64,000 nt of DNA, taken from assembly GCA_017609405.1 (NCBI GenBank), contig JAFCDZ010000001.1:24880-88879 (forward strand). Reading direction: 5' to 3'. Both the position numbers and the translations under genes were made by a program. Below the pieces are notes generated by a model, which saw only the letters and a list, made by a program, of their open reading frames with translations, ran no database searches and was not told the DNA's origin. This stretch comes from Candidatus Pacearchaeota archaeon (GTDB lineage: Archaea > Nanobdellota > Nanobdellia > Pacearchaeales > GW2011-AR1). Below, piece after piece: positions 19,928-29,633 of this stretch. The stretch's first letter is position 1. Each line of letters starts with the position of its first letter.

Positions 19928-20791
19928 ATGAAAGCAGAAGAAATTGAAAAAAAAGTAAGAGATACTTTAAAAAAAATAGGAATAAGTAAAAAAGACAAAA
20001 TACTTATTGCACTTTCTGGAGGAAAAGATTCTGCTGTCACTGCTTTTTTGCTCAAAAAATTAGGATATAATATTGAAGGCTTTCATATTGATTTAGGCAT
20101 TGGAAAATATAGTGAAGAGTGTCTCAAAAAAACAGAAGAACTGTGCGAAAATTTGAAAATAAAACTTCACAAGCATATAGTAAAAGAAAAAAAAGGAGTA
20201 ACTATGTGCTATATCAGAGCTGCAATAAAATCTTTTCCAAAATACAAAAAACTAAATAATTGTGCAATATGTGGAGTGATAAAAAAAGATATTTTAAACA
20301 AAGAAGCAAGAAGATTAAAAGCAGAATATCTTGCAACTGGACACAATTTAGATGATGAACTCCAAACATTCTTAATTAATTTATTCAAGGGAAGTCTGAA
20401 ATTAAGTGCAAATTTAGGACCCATAACAAAAGGAAAAGAGAATAAAAAATTCATACCAAGAATAAAGCCATTATATTACATTCCAGAAAAAGAAGTGCTA
20501 AAGTATTCAAAAATAAAAAAACTCCCAGTTAATGAGAAAAAATGCCCTTGCGCCCAAAAATCATATAGGATAGAAACAAGAACTCTTCTTGAAAAATATA
20601 AACCAAAAGAAAAAATACAAATGCTTGAAAATTTTGTCAAATTTATGGAAAAACTCAATATTAAAAGAGACAAAATAAAATATTGTAAAATTTGTAGAGA
20701 GCCATCCCAAAGAGATATTTGCAAGAACTGCGAGCTCTTAGGAGTAATTAATCAAAAAGTAGATTCTAAAATATATAAAAAAACACAATAA
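19928..20791 (+). CDS. tRNA 2-thiolation protein (NcsA/TtuA, PP-loop ATPase)
   Basis: ALSGGKDS, CAIC, ATGHNLDD, C-terminal CxxC...CxxC. Confidence 0.85.
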   Translation: MKAEEIEKKVRDTLKKIGISKKDKILIALSGGKDSAVTAFLLKKLGYNIEGFHIDLGIGKYSEECLKKTEELCENLKIKLHKHIVKEKKGVTMCYIRAAIKSFPKYKKLNNCAICGVIKKDILNKEARRLKAEYLATGHNLDDELQTFLINLFKGSLKLSANLGPITKGKENKKFIPRIKPLYYIPEKEVLKYSKIKKLPVNEKKCPCAQKSYRIETRTLLEKYKPKEKIQMLENFVKFMEKLNIKRDKIKYCKICREPSQRDICKNCELLGVINQKVDSKIYKKTQ

Positions 20792-20822
20792 AATATTTAT
20801 TCAAAAATAAAAAATTTAGTTT

Positions 20823-21258
20823 ATGAAAAGAGAAAACACTGAGAGAATACTAAGAAGATATTTAGAAATAAGGGGGAGATAATTCCTGCAAATTTATTAG
20901 ATCTTAATTATATATTATCCCTTGCAGATTTTGCAGATAATGGAGAAATCTTTAAAGTTGGAGGGATGATAAGATATGCTATATCTGACCCATTAGACAT
21001 TTTTCCAAGAGTAACTAAACATCGAGGTTATGGCCTTGTAGCAAGATGCCTAACTTGCTTAGGATTTTTTATGAAGCTCTTGAATGGAAAAGAAGAATAC
21101 ATGCTGCACCCCCTCCAGAATATTACCTCAGAGTTGGGATAGCAGTTGCAAAAAACACAGGCTATCAAAGAATAAGTGAAAACTTTAGAAGATGGATAGA
21201 ATTTTTACAAGAAATGTTTCCAATGCAAAGAATAAGCACCCAAATCATTAGTGAGTAG
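20823..21258 (+). pseudogene. Hypothetical gene broken by two homopolymer frameshifts
   Basis: MKRENTER...IRG shifts at G5 (~20872), reads on open (EIIPANLL...CLGFF), then shifts at T6 (~21065) into the ORF ending at 21258. Confidence 0.5.
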
Positions 21259-21332
21259 TTATAAACATTTAAATAAAAGATTTCTTTTTAATAAACGAAA
21301 ACACAAATTACAAGATAAAAAAAGGGTAAGGC

Positions 21333-21348
21333 ATACAAAATATTGTAT
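21333..21348. promoter_or_regulatory. NrdR-box
   Basis: ATACAAAATATTGTAT matches the acaCwAtATaTwGtgt consensus, 12 nt upstream of the nrdR ATG. Confidence 0.65.
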
Positions 21349-21360
21349 GTAAAAAAAGAA

Positions 21361-21798
21361 ATGAAATGCCCATATTGTTTAAATCCAACAACAAAAGTTA
21401 CAGATAAAAGAGATACTCTTGAAGGAATAAGGAGAAGGAGAGAGTGTCTAAAATGCGGAAAAAGATTCACAACTTACGAAAGAATAGAAAAAACAAAAAT
21501 ATATGTCATAAAAAAAGATGGTAGGAGAGAAGAATTTGATATTAATAAAATCAGAACAGGAATTGAAAAAGCATTTGAAAAAAGACCTATATCAACAGAG
21601 GAAATTGATAAAATGATAAGAACAATTGAAGAAACAATAAGAAAAAAAGGAAAAAAAGAGATTCCAACCTCTTTTATTGGAAAATTAATATTAAATAAAA
21701 TAAAGAATTTAGACCCTGTTGCATATATAAGATTTGCATCAGTCTACATGGACTTTAAAGATATTAAAGATTTCAAAATAGCATTAAGGAGTATTTAA
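21361..21798 (+). CDS. nrdR: Transcriptional repressor NrdR
   Basis: MKCPYC...RRRRECLKCGKRFTTYE, ATP cone, DPVAYIRFASVY. Confidence 0.95.
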   Translation: MKCPYCLNPTTKVTDKRDTLEGIRRRRECLKCGKRFTTYERIEKTKIYVIKKDGRREEFDINKIRTGIEKAFEKRPISTEEIDKMIRTIEETIRKKGKKEIPTSFIGKLILNKIKNLDPVAYIRFASVYMDFKDIKDFKIALRSI

Positions 21799-21799
21799 A

Positions 21800-24781
21800 A
21801 TGATAGAAAAAATAAGAAAAAGAGATGGAAGAATTGTAGCCTTTAATAAGGAGAAAATATTCAACGCAATATGGAAAGCAGTAAAAGCTGTTGGTGGAAG
21901 TGATGAAAAAAAAGCAAGAGAGATAACTGATAAAATCTGCGAGATAATAAACAGCAGATACAAAGATTCTGTTCCAGGAGTAGAAGATATTCAAGACATT
22001 GTTGAAAAAACTCTTATTGAAGAGGGTCATGCAAAAGTCGCGAAAGCATATATTTTATACAGAAAGAAAAGAGAAGAAATGCGCAAATTAGAAGGATTAT
22101 TCAATTCAATTGAAGTTGTGGATAAATATCTTAATACTGAAGATTGGATGGTTAAAGAAAATTCAAATATGGGTTTTTCACTACAAGGATTAAACAATTA
22201 TATCTCAACAAAGATAATCACAAAATACTGGCTTCTAAAAATTTATCCAGAAGAAATACAAAAAGCACATGAAAACTGTGACATCCATATTCATGATTTA
22301 GGAACTCTTGGAGCATATTGTGTTGGCTGGGACTTAAAAGACCTCCTATTAAAAGGTTTTAGAGGCGTTCCTGGAAAAGTTGCATCAAAACCTGCAAAAC
22401 ATTTTAGAACAGCCCTTGGACAAATAGTAAATTTCTTTTACACTCTACAAGGAGAAACAGCAGGAGCCCAGGCATTTTCAAATTTTGATACTTTGCTCGC
22501 CCCTTTTATAAGATATGATAACTTAAGTTATAAAGAAGTAAAACAAGCAATGCAAGAATTCTTATTCAACCTTGCTGTTCCTACAAGAGTAGGGTTTCAA
22601 TGTATGTCAGAAGATACAGAAATATTAACTCCAAAAGGATGGGCAAAGTATAATGAACTTAAAAAAGGAGACATAATAAAAACATTTAACATTAAAAAAG
22701 GAATAATTGAAGATAAACCAATAAGAAGATTATTCAAAAGATATTATGAAGGAACTATGTATAATTTAAAAAATAGGATTCAAGACCAATTAATTTCGCC
22801 AAAACATAGGGTGGTTAGAAAAAAATTCAATTCAGAAGATTATGTTTTAGAGGAAATAGAAGAAGTTGAAAAGCTAAAATCACCAGTAATAGTCCCTATT
22901 GCAGGAAAGAACATCTCAAAAGATGCGAATATAAGTGATGAGCAAATAAAATTAATGGCTTGGATTATAGGTGAAGGGAGTATTGAACGAAGCAAAAAAG
23001 GAACCCAAAGAATAAGCATCTATCAATCAAAAATTAAAAATAAAAATAATTATTTGGAAATAAAAAAACTCCTAAAACATTTTAAATTAGAATTTGAAGA
23101 ATATACTCAAAAAGGATTAGGAAAACCAGTTCAAAGAATAAGATTAAATTCAAATTCTTCAAAAAGAATCCATAAATGGTTTTCAGATGAGAATATCCAT
23201 TTTATTCCTGACATCCTTCTAAATTTAAGCAAAAGGCAATCGAGATTATTCTTAGAGACATATATTAAAGCAGAAGGATTTGAAAAAAGCAAAATAGCAA
23301 CAACAAATAAAAGAATACTTGAAGGGCTTCAACAAATTGTAGTTAATGCTGAATATGGATTTACTGTTCTAAAAAGAAAACCAACAATCGGAACAAAAGA
23401 AATTTATGTTTTAAGAATAATTAGACACAGAGACACATATATTCAAAAAATCAAAAAAGTAAAGTATAAAGGAATTATCTGGTGTCCGAATACAGATAAC
23501 GAAACAGTAATTGCAAAAAGAAATGGAAAAGTTTTCATAACAGGGAATACACCTTTTACAAACCTCACAATGGATCTAAAGGTTCCTGAGTATATGAAAG
23601 AAGAATATGTAATAATTGGAGGAGAACCAAAACAAGAAAAATACAAAGAGTTCCAAAAAGAGATGAACATGATAAATAAAGCTTTTGCAGAATGCATGAT
23701 TGAAGGAGATGGTGAAGGAAGGGTATTCACTTTCCCAATTCCCACATATAATATAACAAAAGACTTTGATTGGGACAATCCAGAGTATGAACCTATATGG
23801 GAAATGACTGCAAAATATGGAATTCCTTATTTTTCAAATTTTATAAATTCAGATATGAAACCTGAAGATGCAAGAAGTATGTGTTGTAGACTTCGTCTTG
23901 ACCAAGCAGAACTAAGAAAAAGGGGTGGAGGATTATTTGGAGCAAATCCTCAAACAGGCTCAATAGGAGTGGTAACGATAAATCTTCCAAGATTAGGTTA
24001 TACATCCAATGAAGAAGGGGAATTTTTCAAGAAATTAGAAAGACTTATGGAAATAGCAAAAGAAAGTTTAGAAATAAAAAGAAAAGTGATTGAAAGATTC
24101 ACAAAAATAGGGCTATATCCTTATTCAAGATATTATTTATCAAATATTTATCAAAGATTCGGAGAATATTGGAAAAATCATTTCTCAACAATAGGGCTTC
24201 TCGGGATGAACGAAGCAATAATGAACTTTTTGCCAGGAGAGGACATAACAACTGAAAAAGGAAGGGCTTTTGCATTAAAAGTTTTAAAATTCATGAGAGA
24301 AAAATTAGAAAAATTCCAAAAAGAAACTGGAAATATATATAATTTAGAAGCAACCCCTGCTGAAGGAACAACATATAGATTTGCGAAAGCAGACAAAGAA
24401 AAATTCCCAAATATAATCGTGGCTAATGAAAAAGCTGTTAGAGAACAAGGAGCAGCACCATATTACACTAACTCAACACAACTTCCAGTAAATTATACTA
24501 ATGACATCTTCGAAGCATTAGATTTGCAAGATGAACTCCAAATACAATATACTGGAGGAACTGTTTTTCATGGATTTATCGGAGAGAAGATACCTCCAGA
24601 ATCAGTAAAGTTAATTGTTAAGAAAATAGCTGAAAATTACAGGCTCCCATATTTTACAATAACCCCAACATTTTCAATATGCCCAATTCACGGATATATT
24701 CCTGGTGAACATGAATACTGCCCAATTTGTGACGAAGAAAATGGAATATTCGAAGAAAAGATAATCCAAAAGGAGGTGTGA
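21800..24781 (+). CDS. nrdD: Class III anaerobic ribonucleotide reductase large subunit (ATP cone, intein; lacks the glycyl-radical loop)
   Basis: ATP cone, HIHDL, YCVGW, RSMCCRL, TGSIGVVT, EATPAEG, YTGGTVFH; ends after the CPIH...CPIC zinc motif. Confidence 0.95.
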   Translation: MIEKIRKRDGRIVAFNKEKIFNAIWKAVKAVGGSDEKKAREITDKICEIINSRYKDSVPGVEDIQDIVEKTLIEEGHAKVAKAYILYRKKREEMRKLEGLFNSIEVVDKYLNTEDWMVKENSNMGFSLQGLNNYISTKIITKYWLLKIYPEEIQKAHENCDIHIHDLGTLGAYCVGWDLKDLLLKGFRGVPGKVASKPAKHFRTALGQIVNFFYTLQGETAGAQAFSNFDTLLAPFIRYDNLSYKEVKQAMQEFLFNLAVPTRVGFQCMSEDTEILTPKGWAKYNELKKGDIIKTFNIKKGIIEDKPIRRLFKRYYEGTMYNLKNRIQDQLISPKHRVVRKKFNSEDYVLEEIEEVEKLKSPVIVPIAGKNISKDANISDEQIKLMAWIIGEGSIERSKKGTQRISIYQSKIKNKNNYLEIKKLLKHFKLEFEEYTQKGLGKPVQRIRLNSNSSKRIHKWFSDENIHFIPDILLNLSKRQSRLFLETYIKAEGFEKSKIATTNKRILEGLQQIVVNAEYGFTVLKRKPTIGTKEIYVLRIIRHRDTYIQKIKKVKYKGIIWCPNTDNETVIAKRNGKVFITGNTPFTNLTMDLKVPEYMKEEYVIIGGEPKQEKYKEFQKEMNMINKAFAECMIEGDGEGRVFTFPIPTYNITKDFDWDNPEYEPIWEMTAKYGIPYFSNFINSDMKPEDARSMCCRLRLDQAELRKRGGGLFGANPQTGSIGVVTINLPRLGYTSNEEGEFFKKLERLMEIAKESLEIKRKVIERFTKIGLYPYSRYYLSNIYQRFGEYWKNHFSTIGLLGMNEAIMNFLPGEDITTEKGRAFALKVLKFMREKLEKFQKETGNIYNLEATPAEGTTYRFAKADKEKFPNIIVANEKAVREQGAAPYYTNSTQLPVNYTNDIFEALDLQDELQIQYTGGTVFHGFIGEKIPPESVKLIVKKIAENYRLPYFTITPTFSICPIHGYIPGEHEYCPICDEENGIFEEKIIQKEV
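22601..23548 (+). mobile_element. Intein with LAGLIDADG homing endonuclease (316 aa) in NrdD
   Basis: RVGFQ|CMSEDTEILTPKGW...VFITGN|TPFTN; block B ISPKHRV; LAGLIDADG-like LMAWIIGEGS and FLETYIKAEG. Confidence 0.93.
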
Positions 24782-24782
24782 A

Positions 24783-24950
24783 ATGGAAAAAAAGAGAACA
24801 AAGTGTGAGGTTTATTCAAGAGTTGTAGGATATCTACGACCTATTGAACAATGGAATGATGGAAAAAGGGCAGAATTCGAAGACAGGGTAACTTTTAAGG
24901 TTATAAAAAATGAACAAGCAATTGAAGCAGCTGAAATAGAATGCAAATAA
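24783..24950 (+). CDS. Stand-alone NrdD glycyl-radical domain (55 aa)
   Basis: MEKKRTKCEVYSRVVGYLRPIEQWNDGKRAEFEDR...; RxxGY motif; SD GGAGGTG upstream; missed by ORF track. Confidence 0.92.
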   Translation: MEKKRTKCEVYSRVVGYLRPIEQWNDGKRAEFEDRVTFKVIKNEQAIEAAEIECK

Positions 24951-25645
24951 AAGGATTTCAGAAATTTACATTAATAGATTACCCTGGAAAAATAGCTTGC
25001 ACTATTTTTTTATATGGTTGCAATTTCAGATGCGGATTCTGTCATAATCCTGAATTAGTGATAGAAAATGACAAAACAGGAAGCTTTGATAAAGAAGAAA
25101 TATTAAACTTTTTAAAAAGAAGAAAGGCTCAATTAGAAGGGGTGTGTTTTACTGGCGGGGAGCCCTTAATGACTCTTGAAAAAAATTTTCTAAAAAAGAT
25201 AAAAGAACTTGGCTACAAGATAAAAATAGATACAAACGGAAGTTTTCCTGAAAAACTTGAAGAATTTATAAACGAAAAGTTAATTGATTTTGTTTCAATG
25301 GATATAAAAACTAAAAGAGAAAAATATCCAGAGATAGTAAGAGCGAATATTGAAATTGAAAAAATAGAAAAAAGCATAAAATTAATCCCCTCCTTACAAG
25401 ATTATGAATTCAGAACAACTATAGTAACCCCTTTACATCCTATTGAAGATATAATAGAGCTTGCTAAGTGGTTAAATAACTTGGTTGGAAAAAAACCAAA
25501 AAAATATGTTTTGCAAGGTTTTAAAAGAGCAGAAAAATTAATTGATCCAGAATTCAGAAAAATAAAAAGCACAAAAGAAGAATATTTAAAAGAGATAAGA
25601 GAAAAAATAAAAGATTATTTTGAAAAAACAGAGATAAGGGTGTAA
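24941..25645 (+). CDS. nrdG: Anaerobic RNR activating radical SAM enzyme
   Basis: IDYPG, GCNFRCGFCHNP, TGGEP, DTNGS, FRTT. Confidence 0.93.
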   Translation: MQIKGFQKFTLIDYPGKIACTIFLYGCNFRCGFCHNPELVIENDKTGSFDKEEILNFLKRRKAQLEGVCFTGGEPLMTLEKNFLKKIKELGYKIKIDTNGSFPEKLEEFINEKLIDFVSMDIKTKREKYPEIVRANIEIEKIEKSIKLIPSLQDYEFRTTIVTPLHPIEDIIELAKWLNNLVGKKPKKYVLQGFKRAEKLIDPEFRKIKSTKEEYLKEIREKIKDYFEKTEIRV

Positions 25646-25646
25646 A

Positions 25647-26072
25647 ATGATATTGAAATTCAAAAAACTTGATAAAGAAGCAAAAATAGGAAGTTATGCA
25701 TATAAAGGAGATGCAGGACTTGACTTGTTTTCAAACCAAGAAGTAATATTAAAACCCTTTGAAAGAAAAACAATTTCAACAGGAATTGCACTTGAAATAC
25801 CTAAAGGATATGTTGGATTAATTTGGGACAAATCAGGAATTGCATCAAAAATTGGATTAAAAACAATGGGTGGTGTGATTGATTCAAATTATCGAGGAGA
25901 AATAAAAATTGTAGTATTCAACACATCAAAAGAAGAAGTAAAAATTGAAAAAGGCCAAAAAATAGCTCAAATGCTGATACAAAAAGTGGAACAGGCTAAA
26001 ATACTTGAAGTAGAAGAATTGAGTGAAACTGAGAGGAATGAAAAAGGGTTTGGAAGTTCTGGAATAAAATAA
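25647..26072 (+). CDS. dut: dUTPase (trimeric)
   Basis: DAGLDL, KSG, GVIDSNYRGEI, IAQ, RNEKGFGSSG. Confidence 0.95.
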   Translation: MILKFKKLDKEAKIGSYAYKGDAGLDLFSNQEVILKPFERKTISTGIALEIPKGYVGLIWDKSGIASKIGLKTMGGVIDSNYRGEIKIVVFNTSKEEVKIEKGQKIAQMLIQKVEQAKILEVEELSETERNEKGFGSSGIK

Positions 26073-26113
26073 TTCTCCAAAACAATTAAAAAGAATTGAA
26101 GGTAAATATAAAC

Positions 26114-27418
26114 ATGCCTTATGACATTATTATTGGAAGAAATGAGGATGATAAAAAGAGGTTTGGAAAAAAGGGCTTAATCTATATTGGAAAAAGTTAT
26201 GTAAAAATGGGCAGATATACCTCTTTATCAAATAATGTATTCATGGATGTAGCAAGAAGTCATGTTGTATTAATTGCTGGAAAAAGAGGAAGTGGAAAAT
26301 CATACAGTTTAGGGGTAATTGCAGAAGAGCTAAGCACACTTTCAGGAGAAGAAAAACAAAATATAAGTGCAGTTATATTTGACACAATGGGAATTTATTG
26401 GACAATGAAATTTCAGAATGAAAAAGATAAAGAATTATTAAGCAAATGGGAATTAGAACCCCAAAACATCCCAATAAGAATTTTTGTCCCTTTTGGGCAT
26501 TTTGATAAATATCTTGAAAAAGGAATCCCTATTGATGAAAAATTTGCAATAGATGTTTCAGAGATAAAAGCTGAGGACTGGATAAATTTATTTGAACTAG
26601 AACTAATTGACCCTGTTTCTATTTTAATACAAAAAACACTCTCAAAGTTAGGAAAAAAATTTTTTATCCGAGACATAATTGAAGAAATAGAAAAAGATAA
26701 AGAATCAGATAAGAATACAAAAAACGCTGCAAAAAGCCTTTTCTTAGCAGCAGAAACTTGGGGGATTTTTGCAACACCTGAACAAAAACCAATAAGCATT
26801 GATGAAATAAGTTCTGGAGGAAAAACAAATGTAATTGATTTAAGTGTGTATAATTCAATTGGAAGTTTCAACATAAGGGCATTAGTAATTAGTCTGGTTT
26901 CAAGAAAACTCTTCAATGAAAGGATGGAATACAGAAAAAAAGAGGAAATTGAAGCAGTATCAAAAGGATTAGACTATTTTAATAATGAAATAACAAGAGA
27001 AAAACCTCTTGTTTGGATTTTTATAGATGAAGCTCATGAGTTCTTGCCAAACGACGGCAAAACAATTGCAACAGATGCTTTAATTCAATTACTAAGAGAA
27101 GGCAGACAACCAGGAGTTTCTGTTGTTCTTGCGACTCAACAACCTGGAAAAATCCATACCGATGTAATGACTCAATCAGATATTGTTATCTCCCACAGAG
27201 TAACTTCTGCTCAAGACCTAAAAGCACTGAATAACATAATGCAATCATATATCTTAGAAGACATACAAACCCAGATGAATAATCTTCCAACACTAAAAGG
27301 TTCTGCAATAATCTTAGATGATAATTCAGAAAGAATTTATTCAATGAGAATCAGGCCAAGATTTACATGGCATGGAGGAGAAGCTCCAACTGCAGTTAAA
27401 GAAGAAAAGGAGTTTTAA
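26114..27418 (+). CDS. HerA/FtsK-superfamily ATPase (DUF87-like)
   Basis: GKRGSGKS, FIDEAH, REGRQPG, LATQQP, RPRFTWHGG. Confidence 0.85.
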   Translation: MPYDIIIGRNEDDKKRFGKKGLIYIGKSYVKMGRYTSLSNNVFMDVARSHVVLIAGKRGSGKSYSLGVIAEELSTLSGEEKQNISAVIFDTMGIYWTMKFQNEKDKELLSKWELEPQNIPIRIFVPFGHFDKYLEKGIPIDEKFAIDVSEIKAEDWINLFELELIDPVSILIQKTLSKLGKKFFIRDIIEEIEKDKESDKNTKNAAKSLFLAAETWGIFATPEQKPISIDEISSGGKTNVIDLSVYNSIGSFNIRALVISLVSRKLFNERMEYRKKEEIEAVSKGLDYFNNEITREKPLVWIFIDEAHEFLPNDGKTIATDALIQLLREGRQPGVSVVLATQQPGKIHTDVMTQSDIVISHRVTSAQDLKALNNIMQSYILEDIQTQMNNLPTLKGSAIILDDNSERIYSMRIRPRFTWHGGEAPTAVKEEKEF

Positions 27419-27657
27419 TTTTTCTCCGACATGCCTGGCATGGTGAGCAATGTTCACGTTAAGAAAATTTCTTTCTAAATAAAAAAGAATTATATTAATA
27501 AGAAGAAATTTTTAGTGAGCTTGCGAATTGGAGCAATGTTCACGTTAAGAAAATTTCTTTCTAAATAAAAAAGAATTATATTAATAAGAAGAAATTTTTA
27601 GTGAGCTTGCGAATTGGAGAAGCTCCAACTGCAGTTAAAGAAGAAAAGGAACTTTGA
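27377..27657 (+). repeat. 35-nt duplication of the ATPase 3' end flanking two identical 86-bp hairpin units
   Basis: 27377-27411 = 27616-27650; units at 27445-27530 and 27531-27616. Confidence 0.92.
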
Positions 27658-27687
27658 GAAATTTAGTTAATTAGAGCTGAGCCATAA

Positions 27688-28215
27688 TTATATTTCAAAA
27701 GCTTTTCCATCTCCAACAATCCACTGTTTAAAAACACTCCAAACATCTCTTTCTAATTCACTAAAAAGAGCTTGGTTTTCTAATGAGGATTGCAAAGAGC
27801 TATCTGGAGATATCGGCTTCATAAGAGCAAAACATCTGATAGAATATTTTTTCATTGATGTAGGAAAGCCTCTTGCATTTTGATGAAACTCATAGAAATC
27901 CTTCCAATCCATATTTAAAACAGCCCCAACTACTAAAGGATCTTGAGCTTTTCCAATAAAAGACCATGACCTATCGAACCTTTCTTTTCCATTTCCTTTT
28001 TGATAATGAAAATAAAAACAATCTCCTTTATTCCCTAAAAATATATGTGGAAGAGGATATTCAACACCAGAATAAAAATTACCAACTAAATATCCAGAAC
28101 TATCAATATCATTAAATGGTCCAATAACAAATCTAAGAGGATTATGAGTGTCTAAAAAAAGATGATTTATTCTCTGAATAATCCCACAATAAGAGCTATT
28201 CCCTCTCATAGTCAA
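27688..28215 (-). CDS. Hypothetical protein
   Basis: 175-aa ORF, no recognised motif. Confidence 0.55.
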   Translation of the reverse strand: MTMRGNSSYCGIIQRINHLFLDTHNPLRFVIGPFNDIDSSGYLVGNFYSGVEYPLPHIFLGNKGDCFYFHYQKGNGKERFDRSWSFIGKAQDPLVVGAVLNMDWKDFYEFHQNARGFPTSMKKYSIRCFALMKPISPDSSLQSSLENQALFSELERDVWSVFKQWIVGDGKAFEI

Positions 28216-28295
28216 AAAAATAGAAAAATTATTTTTTATATATTATTATGTTAAAGAATATTAAAATTTAAAAATAAAAAAAATATTAAAAGAAT

Positions 28296-28460
28296 ATGGA
28301 AAAAGAAGGAAGAGATTATGAATTAGAAAAGAGAACTGACAATCAAAGAATAGACATTAGGGCGATGAGAATAGCAGGATTAGTTGATTTGGAAGAAGTT
28401 GAAATTCCTCCATATGTTCTTGCAGAATATGAATTAAGAGAAGAGCGCAATAGAAATTAA
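28296..28460 (+). CDS. Small hypothetical protein (54 aa)
   Basis: MEKEGRDYELEKRTDNQRIDIRAMRIAGLVDLEEVEIPPYVLAEYELREERNRN*; TTTAAAAA ~21 nt upstream; fills the gap. Confidence 0.55.
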   Translation: MEKEGRDYELEKRTDNQRIDIRAMRIAGLVDLEEVEIPPYVLAEYELREERNRN

Positions 28461-28461
28461 A

Positions 28462-29259
28462 TCAAAGAACCTTAAAATCAACCCTAACCCTATGCTTATA
28501 AGGAGCAATATCTCCTGCTAATTTTTTATTCAGAATTTTTATTTTTTTTCCTGCTTCTTTAGCTTGGTTCTTTATTTTCTCTATAACTGAATCAAATTCA
28601 TCAATCTTGCAAAAATCATAATAATAAACTATTGTTCCTTTTTTTGAAAGTGCAAAAGCTTGTTCTAAGAAACTATCTTTTAATTGAGGGCGAGGCATTA
28701 CAATCACATCAAACTTCTTTTTTTGCTCTTTAAGTTTTTCTGCGACTTTTTTGATGTCTCCATTAACAAAGATAATTTTATCTTTTAATTTATTTAACTC
28801 AACATTTAGTTTAGCATATTTATTTGCCTCTCTATTAATTTCATTACTATAAACAATTTTTGCTTTTGAGTTTTTTGCAATTACAATTGAGTAGGGAGCT
28901 ACTCCTGCAAACATAACTAAAACCTCTGCGTTTTTCTTTATTTGCTCTGCAATTTCTTTTCTCTCCCCACTTAAACGAGGAGAAAAGTAAGTTGTATCAA
29001 CATTAAATCTGAAAACACACCCATTCTCTTTATATAAAACCTCTTTGTTTTTCTCTCCTGCCAAGACCCTTGTCTTTATTTTTCTCAGCCTGCCTGAAAA
29101 CTTCCCGACTTTTTCAAGAACAGTTTTAATAGAAGGATTTCTAGAAAGAATCTCTTTTGCAATCTTTTTTTTCTCAGATAGTTTGACGCCGTCTGAAAAT
29201 TTAACAATTGCTATGTTTCCAAGAAAATCATAAGCTCTTCGAGTTGTTTGTTTTGCCAT
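28462..29259 (-). CDS. Trm5/Taw22 (Met-10+-like) tRNA methyltransferase
   Basis: YDFLGNIAI, YFSPRL..ER, MFAGV.P, NEIN, DVIVMPRP. Confidence 0.85.
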   Translation of the reverse strand: MAKQTTRRAYDFLGNIAIVKFSDGVKLSEKKKIAKEILSRNPSIKTVLEKVGKFSGRLRKIKTRVLAGEKNKEVLYKENGCVFRFNVDTTYFSPRLSGERKEIAEQIKKNAEVLVMFAGVAPYSIVIAKNSKAKIVYSNEINREANKYAKLNVELNKLKDKIIFVNGDIKKVAEKLKEQKKKFDVIVMPRPQLKDSFLEQAFALSKKGTIVYYYDFCKIDEFDSVIEKIKNQAKEAGKKIKILNKKLAGDIAPYKHRVRVDFKVL

Positions 29260-29336
29260 AATAAAAATAAGAATTGATTTATTTTAAAGCTTATGACAGA
29301 CACAAAGTTTATAAAAACAAGAAGCTTTATTTGGAA

Positions 29337-29633
29337 ATGGTAAAAAAAGCAGGTGGATACATTTTATCCTTATCAGGAATTTTTGGATTCATAATAACCC
29401 TTGACAAAGTTTCTAAAAAATATAAAATAAAATTCCCTTTAATAATATCAAAAAAACCAGAAATATTATTATCAAAAACAGCGATATTAATTATTTCAGG
29501 TGTTTTATTTTTAATTGGAATTGTTCTTTTAGCAAAAAACACTTCTCAAAAAAGAACAAAAAAAGGTATGAAAAAAGTTCCCATATACCACAAAGGAGAA
29601 GTTGTTGGTTATGAACTTGAATCAGGCTCTTAA
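29337..29633 (+). CDS. Membrane protein, 2 TM
   Basis: ATG at 29337 within track ORF 29274-29633; two hydrophobic segments. Confidence 0.55.
   Translation: MVKKAGGYILSLSGIFGFIITLDKVSKKYKIKFPLIISKKPEILLSKTAILIISGVLFLIGIVLLAKNTSQKRTKKGMKKVPIYHKGEVVGYELESGS

Noticed and set aside
21301-21316. Second NrdR-box 32 bp upstream of the first
   Set aside because: Only the left half matches the consensus; too weak to call.
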